Shown one piece after another: positions 11,902-24,166 of a stretch of DNA of 64,000 nucleotides (position 1 is the first letter of the stretch; every line of letters begins with the position of its first letter). Origin of the DNA: Candidatus Bathyarchaeota archaeon (GTDB lineage Archaea > Thermoproteota > Bathyarchaeia > Bathyarchaeales > DTEX01); the NCBI GenBank assembly GCA_963714275.1, contig CAVQNT010000003.1, forward strand, positions 32,001 to 96,000, read 5' to 3'. The notes below the pieces were generated by a model. That model was not told where the DNA came from and made no database searches. It was given only the letters and a program-made list of their open reading frames with translations. A program made the translations under genes and the position numbers.

Positions 11902-12975
11902 GTGACCATTATGGCGACTTTGGATAATGCGTTTAGTTCGTCTTTGCCGCTGATTCCAAAACCAAAAATTGATTTGTCGAAGGTGCCTAGACTCGTTATG
12001 GCATTTTATCATGATTGGTACGGAAACGTTTCTGGTCCATCTGGCCAATGGGCTCATTGGGATCATCCGATTTGGGTTACGAGTACTGGGCAGGAAGTTG
12101 GAAGGCATAATCCGAACAATTATGTTAATTCCAAGCGGAGAGACATTGGGGCAACTAACTATCCACTAAAAGGCCCTTACGATAGCAGAGATCAAGAGAT
12201 AATTAAATGGCACATTAAGTCAGCTCACGAAGCAGGCATAGACGTCTTTGCCATTGATTGGTGGGGAGATACGAGTAACAAAGAATTTACAGATGCGACC
12301 ATGAAGATCCTTATGGACCTAAATGAAGAAGAGGATCTGGGAATGAAGTTTTGCATCCTTTTTGATGGGCTTTGGGGTCATCCGCAGCCACCATTACTCG
12401 ATATAACAATTACAAGGTTGAAGTATGCGATTAAGAAGTACGGAAATAGAACATCTTACCTTAAAGTGGAAGGTTTACCTGTCTTCTTCATTTATGCGAC
12501 AGAGGTTTATGCCGTCAACACGTGGAGCGACATAATATCTACAATTAGGCACGACGGTTATTCTGCACTTTTCTTCAGTGATGCTTTCAAAGAAGAATAC
12601 GCTGAAGTGTTTGATGGATTACAAAATTATGCACCTCCCGGATTGTTTGTTCCAAAACAAAATTTCACGAAAGCTTACCTTAACATAGCGCAATTAGCAA
12701 AAAAACGAAGTGAACCTTACGGATTTGCTGTAATTCCTGGATACAATGACACTAAGGTTAGACAGCCCGGCATGATAGTCTCCCGAGAAAACGGCGCGAC
12801 ATATGAAAAGACATGGAAAGCTGTCCTCTCCAGTGGCTGCCAATGGGCTCTAATCACTAGCTGGAATGAGTGGCATGAAGGAACAGAAATTGAACCAAGT
12901 ATAGAATATGGACATCAATATCTAGAGATGACAAAAAATTACTCAAAAATTTTTAAAACTGAAAGGAACCCATAA
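11902..12975 (+). CDS. Glycoside hydrolase family 99-like (endo-alpha-mannosidase/mannanase-like)
   Basis: AFYHDWY, GPYDS, PGYND and ITSWNEWHEGTEIEP motifs. Confidence 0.85.
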   Translation: MTIMATLDNAFSSSLPLIPKPKIDLSKVPRLVMAFYHDWYGNVSGPSGQWAHWDHPIWVTSTGQEVGRHNPNNYVNSKRRDIGATNYPLKGPYDSRDQEIIKWHIKSAHEAGIDVFAIDWWGDTSNKEFTDATMKILMDLNEEEDLGMKFCILFDGLWGHPQPPLLDITITRLKYAIKKYGNRTSYLKVEGLPVFFIYATEVYAVNTWSDIISTIRHDGYSALFFSDAFKEEYAEVFDGLQNYAPPGLFVPKQNFTKAYLNIAQLAKKRSEPYGFAVIPGYNDTKVRQPGMIVSRENGATYEKTWKAVLSSGCQWALITSWNEWHEGTEIEPSIEYGHQYLEMTKNYSKIFKTERNP

Positions 12976-12980
12976 ATTAG

Positions 12981-13070
12981 CCGCGTTCTTCAAGCGATGA
13001 CCTTTTCAGCCTTAACTCCCAATTCCTTAAAGATCTCCAGTGAATCTCTAAGCATAAACAACACCCCTTC
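12981..13070 (-). pseudogene. Internal stub of a xylulokinase homolog
   Basis: Reverse complement aligns with xylB 7741..7830 (EGVVYALRDSLEIF[K/R]ELGVKAEKVIA) with small indels and CGA>TGA. Confidence 0.9.
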
Positions 13071-13147
13071 AAGCTAGTAATATATATCAAAAGTTGAGAA
13101 TACATAACTCAGGATATTAGTGAGCTAGTAAATGAGTGTTTGAAGAT

Positions 13148-14660
13148 ATGCGCCATAATAAAAATTTGAAAACTCATTTACGCATGTTTCTCATGACTTT
13201 GTTGATGATTTGCCTTATTCTGCCATCTTCCTTTCATTCGTCCTTAGGAAACCCGGCTTAATACTTATTATGGTGTTGTGCCCTCAAAAATTTTCTTATA
13301 TTTACTTAATGATGCGAACAATTTTACTTCAGGCTGGGTACTGGGCAGTAATTCTTCTCGTACAGGTTCTCCTGGTCTTAATGGTAAAACCGTTGCGACG
13401 AAAGCTTTACTTGCGATTGTTGCTGCAGAGAACGACACAAACGTTAAGGTTTACGATCTGACGTTGAACAGCCTGATCTCACAGGATCATATAGATAGTA
13501 TGGAGAAGCACCTTGTTTTATTGGCTAATGGCACCGTATTCAAGGTTGTTTCAGATAAGCAAGTTTCTGTTTTGTTGCTCAACTATCAAAATATGCCTGT
13601 TGGCGCCGTTACAGAAGGACCACTGCCCTATACATTCTACACTGATGTTCATGGCTTGTATGTCGGCAAAAAATTCGTTCTCATGGCTTCTGAGCAAATA
13701 TTTTATTCGGAAAATAAATTTTACACATTACTAGCCTTGGAAAAATCCAAAGTCACTGTGACCAGAGATGATAGTCAACAAAACGAATATTCTCTTGATG
13801 CAAACTCATACACAACCATGTTGCTTGATATCTTCAGAGTCTACAAAATCGAATCAACAGGCAACATAATGGTGCAATCAAGCACAACTTGGGCTGATAT
13901 AGGAAGCGGCCTTTCTCCGCTCCGTTATAAAGCATCTTATCCGGTTCCTTGTGCCACAGGAGGCTTTGTTGGGCAGTTCTTCGTGGTAAAAGCGAGGAAA
14001 GGATGGGACCCCGATACAGATTACGGGTTTCGAATATCAGCTTCAGAAGATACGAAAGTGAAAGTTTTTGATCTCTCAACAAAGCAAGTGGTAAATGATT
14101 TATCAGTGAAAGGAGGAACCGGAATTGGGTTCCAACCGTCAGCGGATGCAATAGGCATGCAGAGCGATAAACCGATCACATTATTATACTTTAACAATGG
14201 CACCCTCGGCACGTCAAGAACTGCACAAATTGGTGTAGGAGTAATGTTCATGGGCATTCAACCTAACCAAAACACTCCAATCTACTTACCCACTGATACC
14301 AATGTCGAGGTATACTTCTTCGTAAACGAAGAAACAGAACTGATGGTTGATGGTTCCAGTCAAACAATCCAGCCTGATCAGCCAAAATTGTATATCCTAT
14401 TAGGAACTCACACGATACAAGCCGACCACAACGTTATCCTCCAAGTCAACTTCTGGCCCAACGAACCCGAATATCAGGGATTATGGTTCCCAGGAGCAGC
14501 AATACCATGCATAGAAACGGTTGCTAACAACCCAACTGTCACATTGACCCCTCTCGGAGAAGGCTTCCCGATGATGTACATAATAGCTGGAGCAGGCGCC
14601 GCAGTCGCTGTCATTGTCGTTGTCTTAGTGATGAGAAGACGGGGCGGTAAACCAAGCTAG
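13148..14660 (+). CDS. Secreted beta-rich surface protein with IgGFc-binding N-terminal-like repeats and a C-terminal TM anchor; frameshift near 13248
   Basis: Signal peptide MRHNKNL...MFLMTLLMICLILP; repeated A-x-E-D-T-x-V and SDKP motifs; GEGFP + TM + RRR tail; paralog of 31477..32969. Confidence 0.65.
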
Positions 14661-14763
14661 AACGCCCCAAAAATTCGCAGTTAAGGCAAAAATTCCTCCC
14701 TTCATTTTTACTCAGAGATCTACTTTTAAACCTTGATTCTTGGCGTTTTACTAAATAATTATA

Positions 14764-14779
14764 TAGCTAGCTAGCTAGC
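14764..14779. repeat. (TAGC)4 intergenic tetramer repeat
   Basis: TAGCTAGCTAGCTAGC. Confidence 0.8.
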
Positions 14780-14823
14780 AAAACAATTAAGGGTAGAAAA
14801 GAGACAACAAATGGGATAGAATC

Positions 14824-15822
14824 TTGAACTCCAGAGAGAGATTTGCTGCTTCGCTCCGCTTTCAACAACCAGATAGGATACCATTCTATGACGAGGAGAT
14901 TCGTGAAGAAACCTTAGCACGCTGGTATGAGCAAGGATTGCCAAAAGGTAGGGATCCGAGGGAGCTTTTTAGGTTAGAAAAGTGGGATATTGTGCCAGTC
15001 AACTTGGAAATGATCCCAGAATTTCAAGGACGATTCAGGTCTAGGAAGGATTCCGAGAGACTTAAAAAATCATTCAATCCAGACGAATCATCAAGGTATC
15101 CCACCAATTGGGAGAACCTCGTTGGTCGATGGGAGGATCGCGACTATCCACTCGGAATATCGGTTTGGGAAGGATTCTTTCAACCATTCAATTCTGGAAG
15201 TGTACCAGATACAGTGTATCATTCGCTCACGGATATTGTCCGAATGATATACTCAAATCCTGAACTCTTGGTAGAGACGGTCAACTTCATCGCCGAATTC
15301 GTTATCAGAACGATGAGCAAAACGCTCGATGAAGTGAAGATTGATTATGCTATCATATGGGAACCCATTGCAGAAAACAAAGGTCCTGCAATTTCACCTC
15401 CAAGTTTTCAAGATTTAGTGATCCCATGCTACAAGAGAATTATAGAAACCCTCAACAGTCACGGAATTGACATAATCATTCTCAGCACCTTTGGAAACGT
15501 GAAAGAACTGATTCCTCTATGCCTTGATGTAGGGATTAACGTATTATGGTGTAGAGGAACCAAACCTGCAGGAGTAGACTATGTCGCCCTAAGGAAGAAG
15601 TACGGGCAAAAGCTAGCTCTAATAGGTGGCATAGACATAGGATGTTTGACTGAAGACAAAGAGGCAATCAAAGCTGAAATATACTCTAAGGTTCCACCAC
15701 TCCTCTCTTCAGGAGGATACATTCCCATGTTGGACGGAAGAGTACGTGAAAATATACCCTTTGAAAATTATGCCTACTATAGGAGACTCATTGAAGAAAT
15801 AGCCTGCAAGAAAATGGAATGA
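14824..15822 (+). CDS. Uroporphyrinogen decarboxylase/MtaA-CmuA family protein
   Basis: MNSRERF...PDRIP, ISPPSF, LIGGID and GGYIP motifs. Confidence 0.85.
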   Translation: MNSRERFAASLRFQQPDRIPFYDEEIREETLARWYEQGLPKGRDPRELFRLEKWDIVPVNLEMIPEFQGRFRSRKDSERLKKSFNPDESSRYPTNWENLVGRWEDRDYPLGISVWEGFFQPFNSGSVPDTVYHSLTDIVRMIYSNPELLVETVNFIAEFVIRTMSKTLDEVKIDYAIIWEPIAENKGPAISPPSFQDLVIPCYKRIIETLNSHGIDIIILSTFGNVKELIPLCLDVGINVLWCRGTKPAGVDYVALRKKYGQKLALIGGIDIGCLTEDKEAIKAEIYSKVPPLLSSGGYIPMLDGRVRENIPFENYAYYRRLIEEIACKKME

Positions 15823-15891
15823 TTAAAAACCATAGCTAGCTCACTTAAATTCTAACAAGCGAGCTGGCCAGAGACTGAGTTCAAACACGCG

Positions 15892-16159
15892 TTATTTAGG
15901 ATTTAGCCACACTCTCAACATGAAGCCTAGTTTATTCAGATCAAATGCCCAAATTACTTCCCAAGGTATGGTTATGCGTCCACCGCGTAGAAGTTTAGCG
16001 ACAAAATCTTCGCTACCAAGTTTGCCAATTGGTTGAATTCTTACCTTTAATAGTTCTCCAGGTTCCAGTTTATAGCGCCCCCTAACCTCTACAGGTATCT
16101 GGACACGATTCAACTTCTGCATCTTCACTAAAAACATAACAGTTTCAGTTAAAGGCATG
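15892..16159 (-). CDS. Tandem AbrB/MazE/SpoVT DNA-binding protein
   Basis: Two swapped-hairpin repeats (NRVQIPVEVR..YKLEPGE; GRITIPWEV); likely start MPLTETV after a GGTGGA RBS. Confidence 0.8.
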
Positions 16160-16451
16160 CTTCCACCAGACACGTATAGTTCCAGCTTCATGAACCCTAT
16201 TTGGCTTAGTCACTGTTAGTTATGATGCATCTATGTCAATTCATGACAAAGTATGGATTTTTTTTCAATTCCAATCTCAGCAAAAAATTCTACGTTTGCT
16301 AGCCTAGCCCAAAAATAGTCCTTCTTAATCATGCATAGTTCATTCAAATTCCTGTGCAAAGAAGAGTGCTTCTCCGAATCTTTTACATTTTTCGTTAATC
16401 CTTTTTAAATGCTTTCGTTTTTTGATCGTTTGAGAACTGTGTGACGAGCCT

Positions 16452-17988
16452 TCAGGAGCTACCCGGATAATCTAGGGAGTAGTGGATTCCACGGGTCTCT
16501 TTTCGTCGCATGGCTGAGTTGATAATTAGGTCAGCTGCCAAAGCCATGTTACGGAGTTCTACGAGGTCTTCGGTTATTAAGAAGTCCCAGTAATATTGGT
16601 CGATTTCTCGCCTGAGGAGGGTTATGCGGTCTTTAACTCGGGCTAATCGCTTGTTGGAACGTACGATTCCCACATAATTCCACAGCAGACGACGTATTTC
16701 ATCCCGATTGTGGGTGACAACCACCATCTCGTCACTGTCTACAGCTTCACCGGGTTCCCAAGGTGAAAAAGGCTGAAGGGAGATCCTTTTTTTCAAGAGT
16801 TTTTTGCATCTTTCAGCCTGTGTATTTTCCACAGACAAGCCCTTCTATGATAGAGTTGCTTGCTAACCTGTTTGCTCCATGGAGCCCTGTACAGGCAACT
16901 TCACCTATGGCGTATAGTTTTTCAACGTCGGTTTCGCCCTCTACAGTTGCTTTTACGCCTCCGCAACAATAATGGGCGGCGGGAACTACTGGGATCGGCT
17001 CCTTAGTGATGTCAATTCCGAAAAGGAGGCATTGTTCATAAATCTCAGGAAAGCGGGATTGAATGAAGTCAGGATCCTTCATCGAGATATCGAGTAAGAC
17101 ATAATTTTCACCGCTCATCTTTAATTCGTTATCTATTGCTCGTGCCACATTGTCTCTTGGAGCGAACTCCATCATGGGATGATAGTCGCTCATGAACCGA
17201 AGTCCTCTTTTATTCGTAAGGATTGCTCCCTCACCCCTAAGAGACTCTGATATCAAAAAGGACTCTGCTAGTGGATGATACAGCGTCGTCGGATGAAACT
17301 GGGTGAATTCCATGTCCATTATGGCTGCTCCAGCCCTGTAAGCCATAGCTATCCCATCTCCTGTGGCAACAGCTGGATTTGTGGTATGAATGAAAATCCT
17401 GCCAATGCCTCCTGTTGCCAATATGGTCAATTTGGATACGAAACTGCGGATCGTAGAGCTCTTTCTATCCAGAACATAACAGCCTACACATAGATTATTC
17501 TTAACAACTAAGTTGACTGCAATCTGGTTCTCAAGTATAGTGATGGAAGGATGCTCTGAAGCGGCTTTTAACAGGACCCGCTCAACCTCCCTACCTGTGA
17601 GGTCGTTAGCGTGAACTATGCGACGTTTAGAGTGTCCTCCCTCAATGCCTAGGTCGAAATCGCCAGTTTCTGTCCTGTCGAAATCTGCACCCATCTCTTC
17701 AAGTTCTTTGATGCATGCGGGTGCAGTTCGAATGATTTTTTCAACGACATTCCTGTCACATAGCCCATCACCACAAACTAACGTATCATTGATGTGGCTT
17801 TCAAAGGAATCATCTGGAGACAAAACTGCAGCCAATCCTCCCTGAGCATAATTCGTGTTTGACTCAGCCTTTTCCTTTTTAGTGATCATAAGTACATGCG
17901 CAGAATCAGCAATTCTCAATGCAAAAGACAATCCTGCTACTCCGCTTCCAATCACCAAAACATCTGAGGACATGTCTGCGTGTTCCAT
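16452..17988 (-). CDS. nadB: L-aspartate oxidase; frameshift near 16825
   Basis: [38 protein letters not shown] and ETRGIHY motifs. Confidence 0.93.
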
Positions 17989-18132
17989 TCAGTTCACGCC
18001 TTCCTAATCAGACCTTAAGCCTATATTAATAGAAATACTAAAGAAACTGAAGAGCTTTCTCGACCTTCCGGTAGCATCATTCTTTTTACATCTAGAATTA
18101 AAGAGAGAATATGAACAAAACTAAAATAATAT

Positions 18133-19018
18133 TTAACTCAAGTATTTTTTCAAAAACGTCACAACTCGACTAAAAGCATCAGCCACTGCCGGATCCCTAA
18201 AGTCCTTATCAAAACCATGCTCGCCATCATGGATGGTAATCAGTTCATGCTTTACGCCAACGTGCGCAAGTTCGTTTGCCATCATTAATGATTGGCTGTA
18301 AGGCACGTCTGTGTCTTTGTCACCATGCAAAAGCATTGTCGGTGGATATTCTTTTGTTATGTTACGGATTGGGCAAAATGAATCAAATACTTTGGGCTCT
18401 GTATTCGGATCATGCCCCGACATTTCCTTGGGCCAAAGACCATGTTGGCGACAGTAAAGGTAAAATCGTCCTCGATTAGGTTGACTTAGGGCTTCCGAAA
18501 TTACTGGTCCGCCTACAGATGCATATGCTTCTTCTTTTGGAACAAGGGACTGCTTACAATAAAAAGGATCAGGTTTGCTGTACCAGTCTCCAGTGATATC
18601 GCCATAGCCATAAAACGAAATGAGTGCTTTTGGGCGTGGATTAACACAAAATCCCGCCATTAATGTCAAATATCCTCCAGCAGAATGACCAATTATAGAC
18701 TATGCGATTTGGATCAAGATTTAAAAGATGAGAACTTTCTTCACGAATCCATTTATAAGTATCTTGGATATCCTCAATAATTGCTTTCAATTTAGTTTCC
18801 GGGGCTAAACGATAGTCAATTGAAATTAAAGTATATCCTGCCTTAACATATAGTCCAATCTGATCAGGGTTGATGTTTTCCCTGTGGCCCGTAATTAATG
18901 CGCCACCATGTATCCACATTACTACTGGACGATTAACATCATCCGAAACCGTATATACATCTGCCTTAATCTCACATCTTTCAACAATCTTGTAAGTGAA
19001 ACTTTGTTTATCAATCAT
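18133..19018 (-). CDS. Alpha/beta hydrolase (HSL-like esterase); frameshift near 18695
   Basis: HGGAL, DYRLAPE, GHSAGG (restored across the shift), HGDKDTDVP and HGF motifs. Confidence 0.85.
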
Positions 19019-19066
19019 TATTGAACACTTTTAATTAATTATCAAATACGAATCAGTATAAAATTT

Positions 19067-20416
19067 TTAACCTAGACTAGTAAATCCTCTGAGGTTGTCA
19101 AGGACAATCCTTAAGGGCTCTTCCTTTTCCTTAATTTTCAAGGAGAAGTTCAAGTTCTCTGGTTTAGTTTTAGCTGGGATGGGGACTAGAAGACGCCGGT
19201 TGGCCCAGTAATGTAGAAGAAAGGTTTTTTGGGTTATGGGCTTATGGTCTACCTCAACCGTTACATCGATTTCGACCTCACGTTTGCTGTGGCTGATGGC
19301 GTCAAGGGCGATGTGGGTGATTGGGTGGCTTTCCTCAGGTTTTAGGGGTCTGCTTAAGACTGCCTCTCCCTTCCCGGTCGGGATTTTCCAGAGCGCGGAA
19401 CCTATGCCCTCTGTTACACCTTCTGGATAGGCTACTTTTTCAAGGTTGCCGTTTATCCATATACCTCGGCTCTTATAGGATGTGAGGATTCCCCGGCTGA
19501 CACTCCAAGAGCTCAGATCCTTACCTTCGAAGCTACCAAGCAATACGCCGGGTGTGTATGGCCATAAAGCATCTTCAGAAACGGGCATCCATGAGCTTTC
19601 TGCGTCGAAATCTTCTTTATACATCTTCATCAAAATGTTCATGTCCACTGGAATAATATAGACCTCGCTTTTGAAGTGTGGAAAATTTCTCCTAGTATCC
19701 GTTTCAGTGGCCACATCACTGTGTAGACATGGCCCCCATCGGATACCAATATGATAGGCATTCTCGCTAGCCACTGTTATCATATAAGAATTGTCATTTG
19801 CTACCCATCCCACTAGCGGGGAAACTACCACACTCTTTGAAGTAGACCAGCTGAGGGCAGTTTGCGCAAATTTTCTCGTCTTGAACAGCTGAATCCAAGG
19901 GCCTCCATCATCGCTTCCTATATGATACTCGGACCGGCCACGTTCAGCATCCGAAATCCAGCCAAACCCTCTACCCTCAAAGAATGCGAAAGACTTTCGT
20001 GCCATCTCAAAGGGAGGGTGATTCTCATCGGAGAACAGGTGACTCGAGAAGCAGGTGTTGAAGGCAGTTAATTTTACCCCTGATGGCAATTCTAACATCT
20101 CGCCTTCAACCTTTACCCGAAAAGATTCAGCTGAGAATTTCAGCCTAAGTAGGTAAGGTAGTTCATCCAACCCGTCAAGATTTCCGTGCAGCATAAGTTC
20201 TAGGCTGTTCTCAGATTTCTTTTCCTCAATCTTCCTTACGTTGCAATAGGGATGGGCGCCTCGGTCTTCCAAGGAACTTATACTGACTTGTTCCATATTA
20301 AAGGTAAGTTCTGGCTTGGAAGGAAACATCCTAGACATCATTTTTACAGAGCATGTCTGATTTTCCTTATGTTCTATAAGTAGTAACTTTATTGAACGGT
20401 CTTTTTTTCGAGGCAT
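19067..20416 (-). CDS. Hypothetical beta-rich protein with a C-terminal CBM-like segment
   Basis: 449-aa intact ORF; SFEG...GVTEG.GS...VLDNLR resembles jelly-roll carbohydrate-binding modules. Confidence 0.5.
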   Translation of the reverse strand: MPRKKDRSIKLLLIEHKENQTCSVKMMSRMFPSKPELTFNMEQVSISSLEDRGAHPYCNVRKIEEKKSENSLELMLHGNLDGLDELPYLLRLKFSAESFRVKVEGEMLELPSGVKLTAFNTCFSSHLFSDENHPPFEMARKSFAFFEGRGFGWISDAERGRSEYHIGSDDGGPWIQLFKTRKFAQTALSWSTSKSVVVSPLVGWVANDNSYMITVASENAYHIGIRWGPCLHSDVATETDTRRNFPHFKSEVYIIPVDMNILMKMYKEDFDAESSWMPVSEDALWPYTPGVLLGSFEGKDLSSWSVSRGILTSYKSRGIWINGNLEKVAYPEGVTEGIGSALWKIPTGKGEAVLSRPLKPEESHPITHIALDAISHSKREVEIDVTVEVDHKPITQKTFLLHYWANRRLLVPIPAKTKPENLNFSLKIKEKEEPLRIVLDNLRGFTSLG

Positions 20417-20543
20417 AAAACTTTCTTCACTATTCCAGTTGAGTTAACTAATTACGAACATTATTACTCAATTAATCAAGTAATGTGTTTATTAGTACAG
20501 TTGCTTTATATGAAAAAATGTCTCGTTCAGGAGAATTTGAGAT

Positions 20544-22419
20544 TTGACTGGGACAGAGCGTGGCTTATTTATTGTGGTTGCATTTCTTTCACTTTTGCTT
20601 ATTGGCACTCTTGTTAGGCTTGTCTATGTTTCAGACGAAATTGCAGTCATTAATGCGCTTTTGCGCAATCAAACACTCCAGATAGAATATCTAAATAGGG
20701 TAAACGCTCAACTACAAGAGTTGGTGGACATGATGAGAAGAGATATAGGAGTTCAAAGGCTTGCGCCTGACACATTGAACTTAGCTGACAATACCCTACT
20801 GGGCGTCGGCTTCATAATAAACAATCTGGGTCCACAAGGCCCCTATTGGGGAGCTCACCTTCTAGGTCCTGCGCCATATCTGGAACTGACGACATATGTA
20901 GATTGGGGTGGCTTTGAAATGCCAATAGAGGCGAGTGTGAGTAATTCGCTTTTAGCGTTGATTCTTCAACGCCACATGTTGGGTGGCAATTATGGTGAGG
21001 AGACTGAGAATGCATACAAAAACCTTGTGTTTGAATCTGTCGATAAATTGGGAGCACTTGGGTTTGTGAATACTGCTGGAGGAGAAGGATTTCATTTATT
21101 GGTGGCATGGTACGCCCTGACTGAAGATGGAAGAATAAAAGGGATCATAGAAAGTGCAGTCCAGGATTTGGGAAACAATGTGATCCTGCATCATGATTCT
21201 GAAATGAACCACGATTACGTTACAATTGGGGGTACTGATCCCGTTGCACAATGGGCAGCGTCGGGCGCATTTACCCAAATCGAGCCTCTCGTAAGATGGT
21301 ATGAAATCAGTGGAGATGCGTCTGCGTTAAACTTAGCCGGAAACATGACTAACTGGTTCCTGTATCACTCAACCTTTGTTAACTATGATGGAAGCTTCGA
21401 CCTGTCGGAAGAAGGGAAGGGAGTTTTTACAGACCATGTTTACCACCGTATGGCAGCTGTCGCAGGCGTCATTAAGTACGGTATTGTGACGGGAAAACAT
21501 GATCTTGCGGAGTGGGGTAAGCGAATCTTCGACTACGTATGGGGCTTCAGCGGAGGAATAGGCTTCATCCCCGAGAGACTTAAGCAGCCTTACGGATCAG
21601 AAACTTGTGCCATAAGGGCTATGGTTGTTTCTGCTATACTCCTTGCGAAGGCTGGATATCCGGAATATTGGAACATTGTTGAACGTATGGCTAGGAATCA
21701 GATGGTTGAGAATCAGTGTACTGGATGTGAGCTGGATAAAGCAGCCTGCTCAGGAATTGAGTGACACTGAAACGAGGTCTTACTATAATGTAGCCAATCG
21801 AATACTCGGGTCATGGTCTGGTTGGAGTGACCCTAACGACTGGGTTAGTTTAAGGACGAGGGGAACGGATTCATCTCAAACCCAGAACTGTTGCTACAGA
21901 GGAGGCGAGATGTTATACGTTGTTTGGCATAACATCGTGACTACAAATGAATCAGGAGTCAATGTCAACCTTTCCTTGAATAGAGATTCAAAATGGGTTC
22001 TAATAAGGAGTTACATGCCCTATGAAGGTAAAGTTGAGATCTTGGTTCACGACGCACCAACCCTTTATGTGCGGGTTCCAGACTGGGTTGAAAGAACACG
22101 AGTAAACGTCACGGTAGACGGTAATCCACGAACCTTCGAGTGGAATGGCGAATATGTTAAGCTCATAGGTCTCAGATTCAACGAGAATGTTACGGTGACA
22201 TATCCTCTGAGAGAATTGAAGGAGACGGTGCGGATTGGAGGAGCCGTCGACATTACTCCGCCAGAATACACCTTGACATGGCGCGGAGACACCGTGGTCG
22301 AGATATCTCCAAAAGGAACGATCTGTCCCCTCTACCAGAGAGAACACTTCAAACAGGAAAAGGCACCTATGAAGATAACCACGTTCTATTTTCCCGAGGA
22401 AGAACTATCCTTCCCGTAA
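20544..22419 (+). CDS. Membrane-anchored GH127/GH146-like (beta-L-arabinofuranosidase-like) glycoside hydrolase; frameshift near 21720
   Basis: N-terminal TM plus coiled coil; ETC and NCC Zn/Cys motifs; PYEGKV and RVPDW C-terminal beta domains. Confidence 0.7.
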
Positions 22420-22566
22420 ACCTCTACAACACTTCCTTGCCACGTGAGCACAGATAATTCTCCATAGTAGATAGCTAACAGGTCTTACCATAACACTTTA
22501 TATGAGATTAGCAAAAGGTGAATTATGAGTGGTTGAAGAATCTGAAACTTTGAAGCTGAGACCTTT

Positions 22567-23918
22567 ATGAATTCCGCTGAGCAAAAGCGATTTGTTGGGA
22601 TGAAGGGGTTCACTGTTATTTGGATAGGTCAGCTGTTCTCTTTACTCGGTACTTCCATGACTGCATTTTCACTTACAATTTGGGCTTGGCAACTAACGGG
22701 TAAAGCAACCGCGTTAGCTTTAGTGGCTTTTTTTAATTTTGTTCCTTTATTGTTGACAACACCCTTTGCAGGGGCTATTGTAGACCAGTCAAACCGAAAA
22801 AGAGTGATGATTAGTGCTGATCTAGCTGCGGGTTTACCTACTGTGGGTATGCTATTGCTTAATACTGCTGGCAATTTGCAGATTTGGCATGTATATATTG
22901 CTACGGGTATCGCTGGTGTATTTCAAGCATTTCATTTTCCAGCTTATTCAGCAGCTGTGACAATGATGGTGCATAAAGAACAATATGGTCGTGCCAGCGG
23001 AATGCTTTCAGCAGCAGAATTTGCTTCAGGAATTTTTGCCCCAGTTGTTGCTGCCATAATGATGAATATTGTGGGTCTTAATGGCGTAATGACCATAGAC
23101 ATAATTACTTTTATTTTTGCCATTTTTTTATTGATGCTCATTAATATTCCGCAGCCTTTAGTCACGGACGAAAGACATGATGAAGCCAGAAACATTAGGA
23201 AGCAATTATTATTTGGATTTAGTACATTTTTAAAAGACCTAGCTTGTTAGGGCTTCAGCTAGTTTTGTTTTCGAGCAATTTGCTATCGAGCTTTGGCAAC
23301 ACTGTTGTGTCTCCAATGATTCTAGCCCGCACTAATAATAATTCGATTTTGTTAGGGAGCGTTATGTCTGCTGCCGGAATCGGGGGAGTTGTAGGTGGTG
23401 CAGTGTTATCAATCTGGGGTGGACCAAAACGTAAAATCCACGGCGTACTTATGGGAAATATATTAATGAACTTGCTTGGTTGGTTTTTTGTGGGGCTAGG
23501 ACAAAATTGGATTATATGGACTTTAGCAGCGTTCATAGGCGTCTTTTTCCTTCCGATACTAAACGGTTCAAATCAAGCCATTTGGCAAGTTAAAGTTCCC
23601 CCTACAATGCAAGGGCGTGTTTTTGCTGCTAGGCGTTTTATAGCACAAATGGGAATGCCGCTTGGTATGCTTCTCGCGGGTTCTTTAGCTGATGGTTTTT
23701 TTGAACCAGCTATGACGTCGAATGGTAATCTTGCAGCAATTTTCGGAAACTTAGTTGGCACAGGACCAGGATCTGGCATGTCACTCATGCTTATTATCGC
23801 TGGTTTATTTGGAACAATTGCAGGTATAGGTGCGTATAGATTTCGTGCAATACGAGACGCTGAAGATATCCTGCCAGATTATGACGTATCCCAGAAGGAT
23901 CTGACTCACAGCGTATAA
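22567..23918 (+). CDS. MFS transporter (MefA/DHA3-like); frameshift near 23230
   Basis: WIGQLFSLLG, D-x-x-NRK-x-VMI and QGRVFA motifs; about 12 TM helices. Confidence 0.88.
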
Positions 23919-23967
23919 GTCCCCCACACAACACAACAAGCTCAAAACGAAAACGCACTTAATTTCC

Positions 23968-24000
23968 ATGACAGTTTCAGTTACAAGCATGCTTCACCAG
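23968..24000 (-). pseudogene. 5' stub (RBS plus first codons) of an AbrB-family homolog
   Basis: CTGGTGAAGC-ATGCTTGTAACTGAAACTGTCAT versus the abrB start CTGGTGGAAGC-ATGCCTTTAACTGAAACTGTTAT (MLVTETVM versus MPLTETVM); similarity stops abruptly. Confidence 0.7.
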
Positions 24001-24050
24001 CCTTCCCTGTACTTCAAACACCTTTTGTAACCTTCTGCAGCCTTCTGTAA
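23991..24050. repeat. Six degenerate 10-bp units with phased CTT
   Basis: GCTTCACCAG CCTTCCCTGT ACTTCAAACA CCTTTTGTAA CCTTCTGCAG CCTTCTGTAA. Confidence 0.55.
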
Positions 24051-24166
24051 ACGTGAGATAAGCCAAATTTAAACCCTGTTTTATAAAAACAGACTGAAAC
24101 AGACTTATCATAAAGCTGCATTCTGCACTGTCCTACAATTGAAGGAAGAGAAATCATATGAATTAG

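Noticed and set aside
16800-16840. Programmed frameshifting in nadB or other split genes
   Set aside because: There is no consistent slippery motif, and the window-wide indel rate points to sequencing error.
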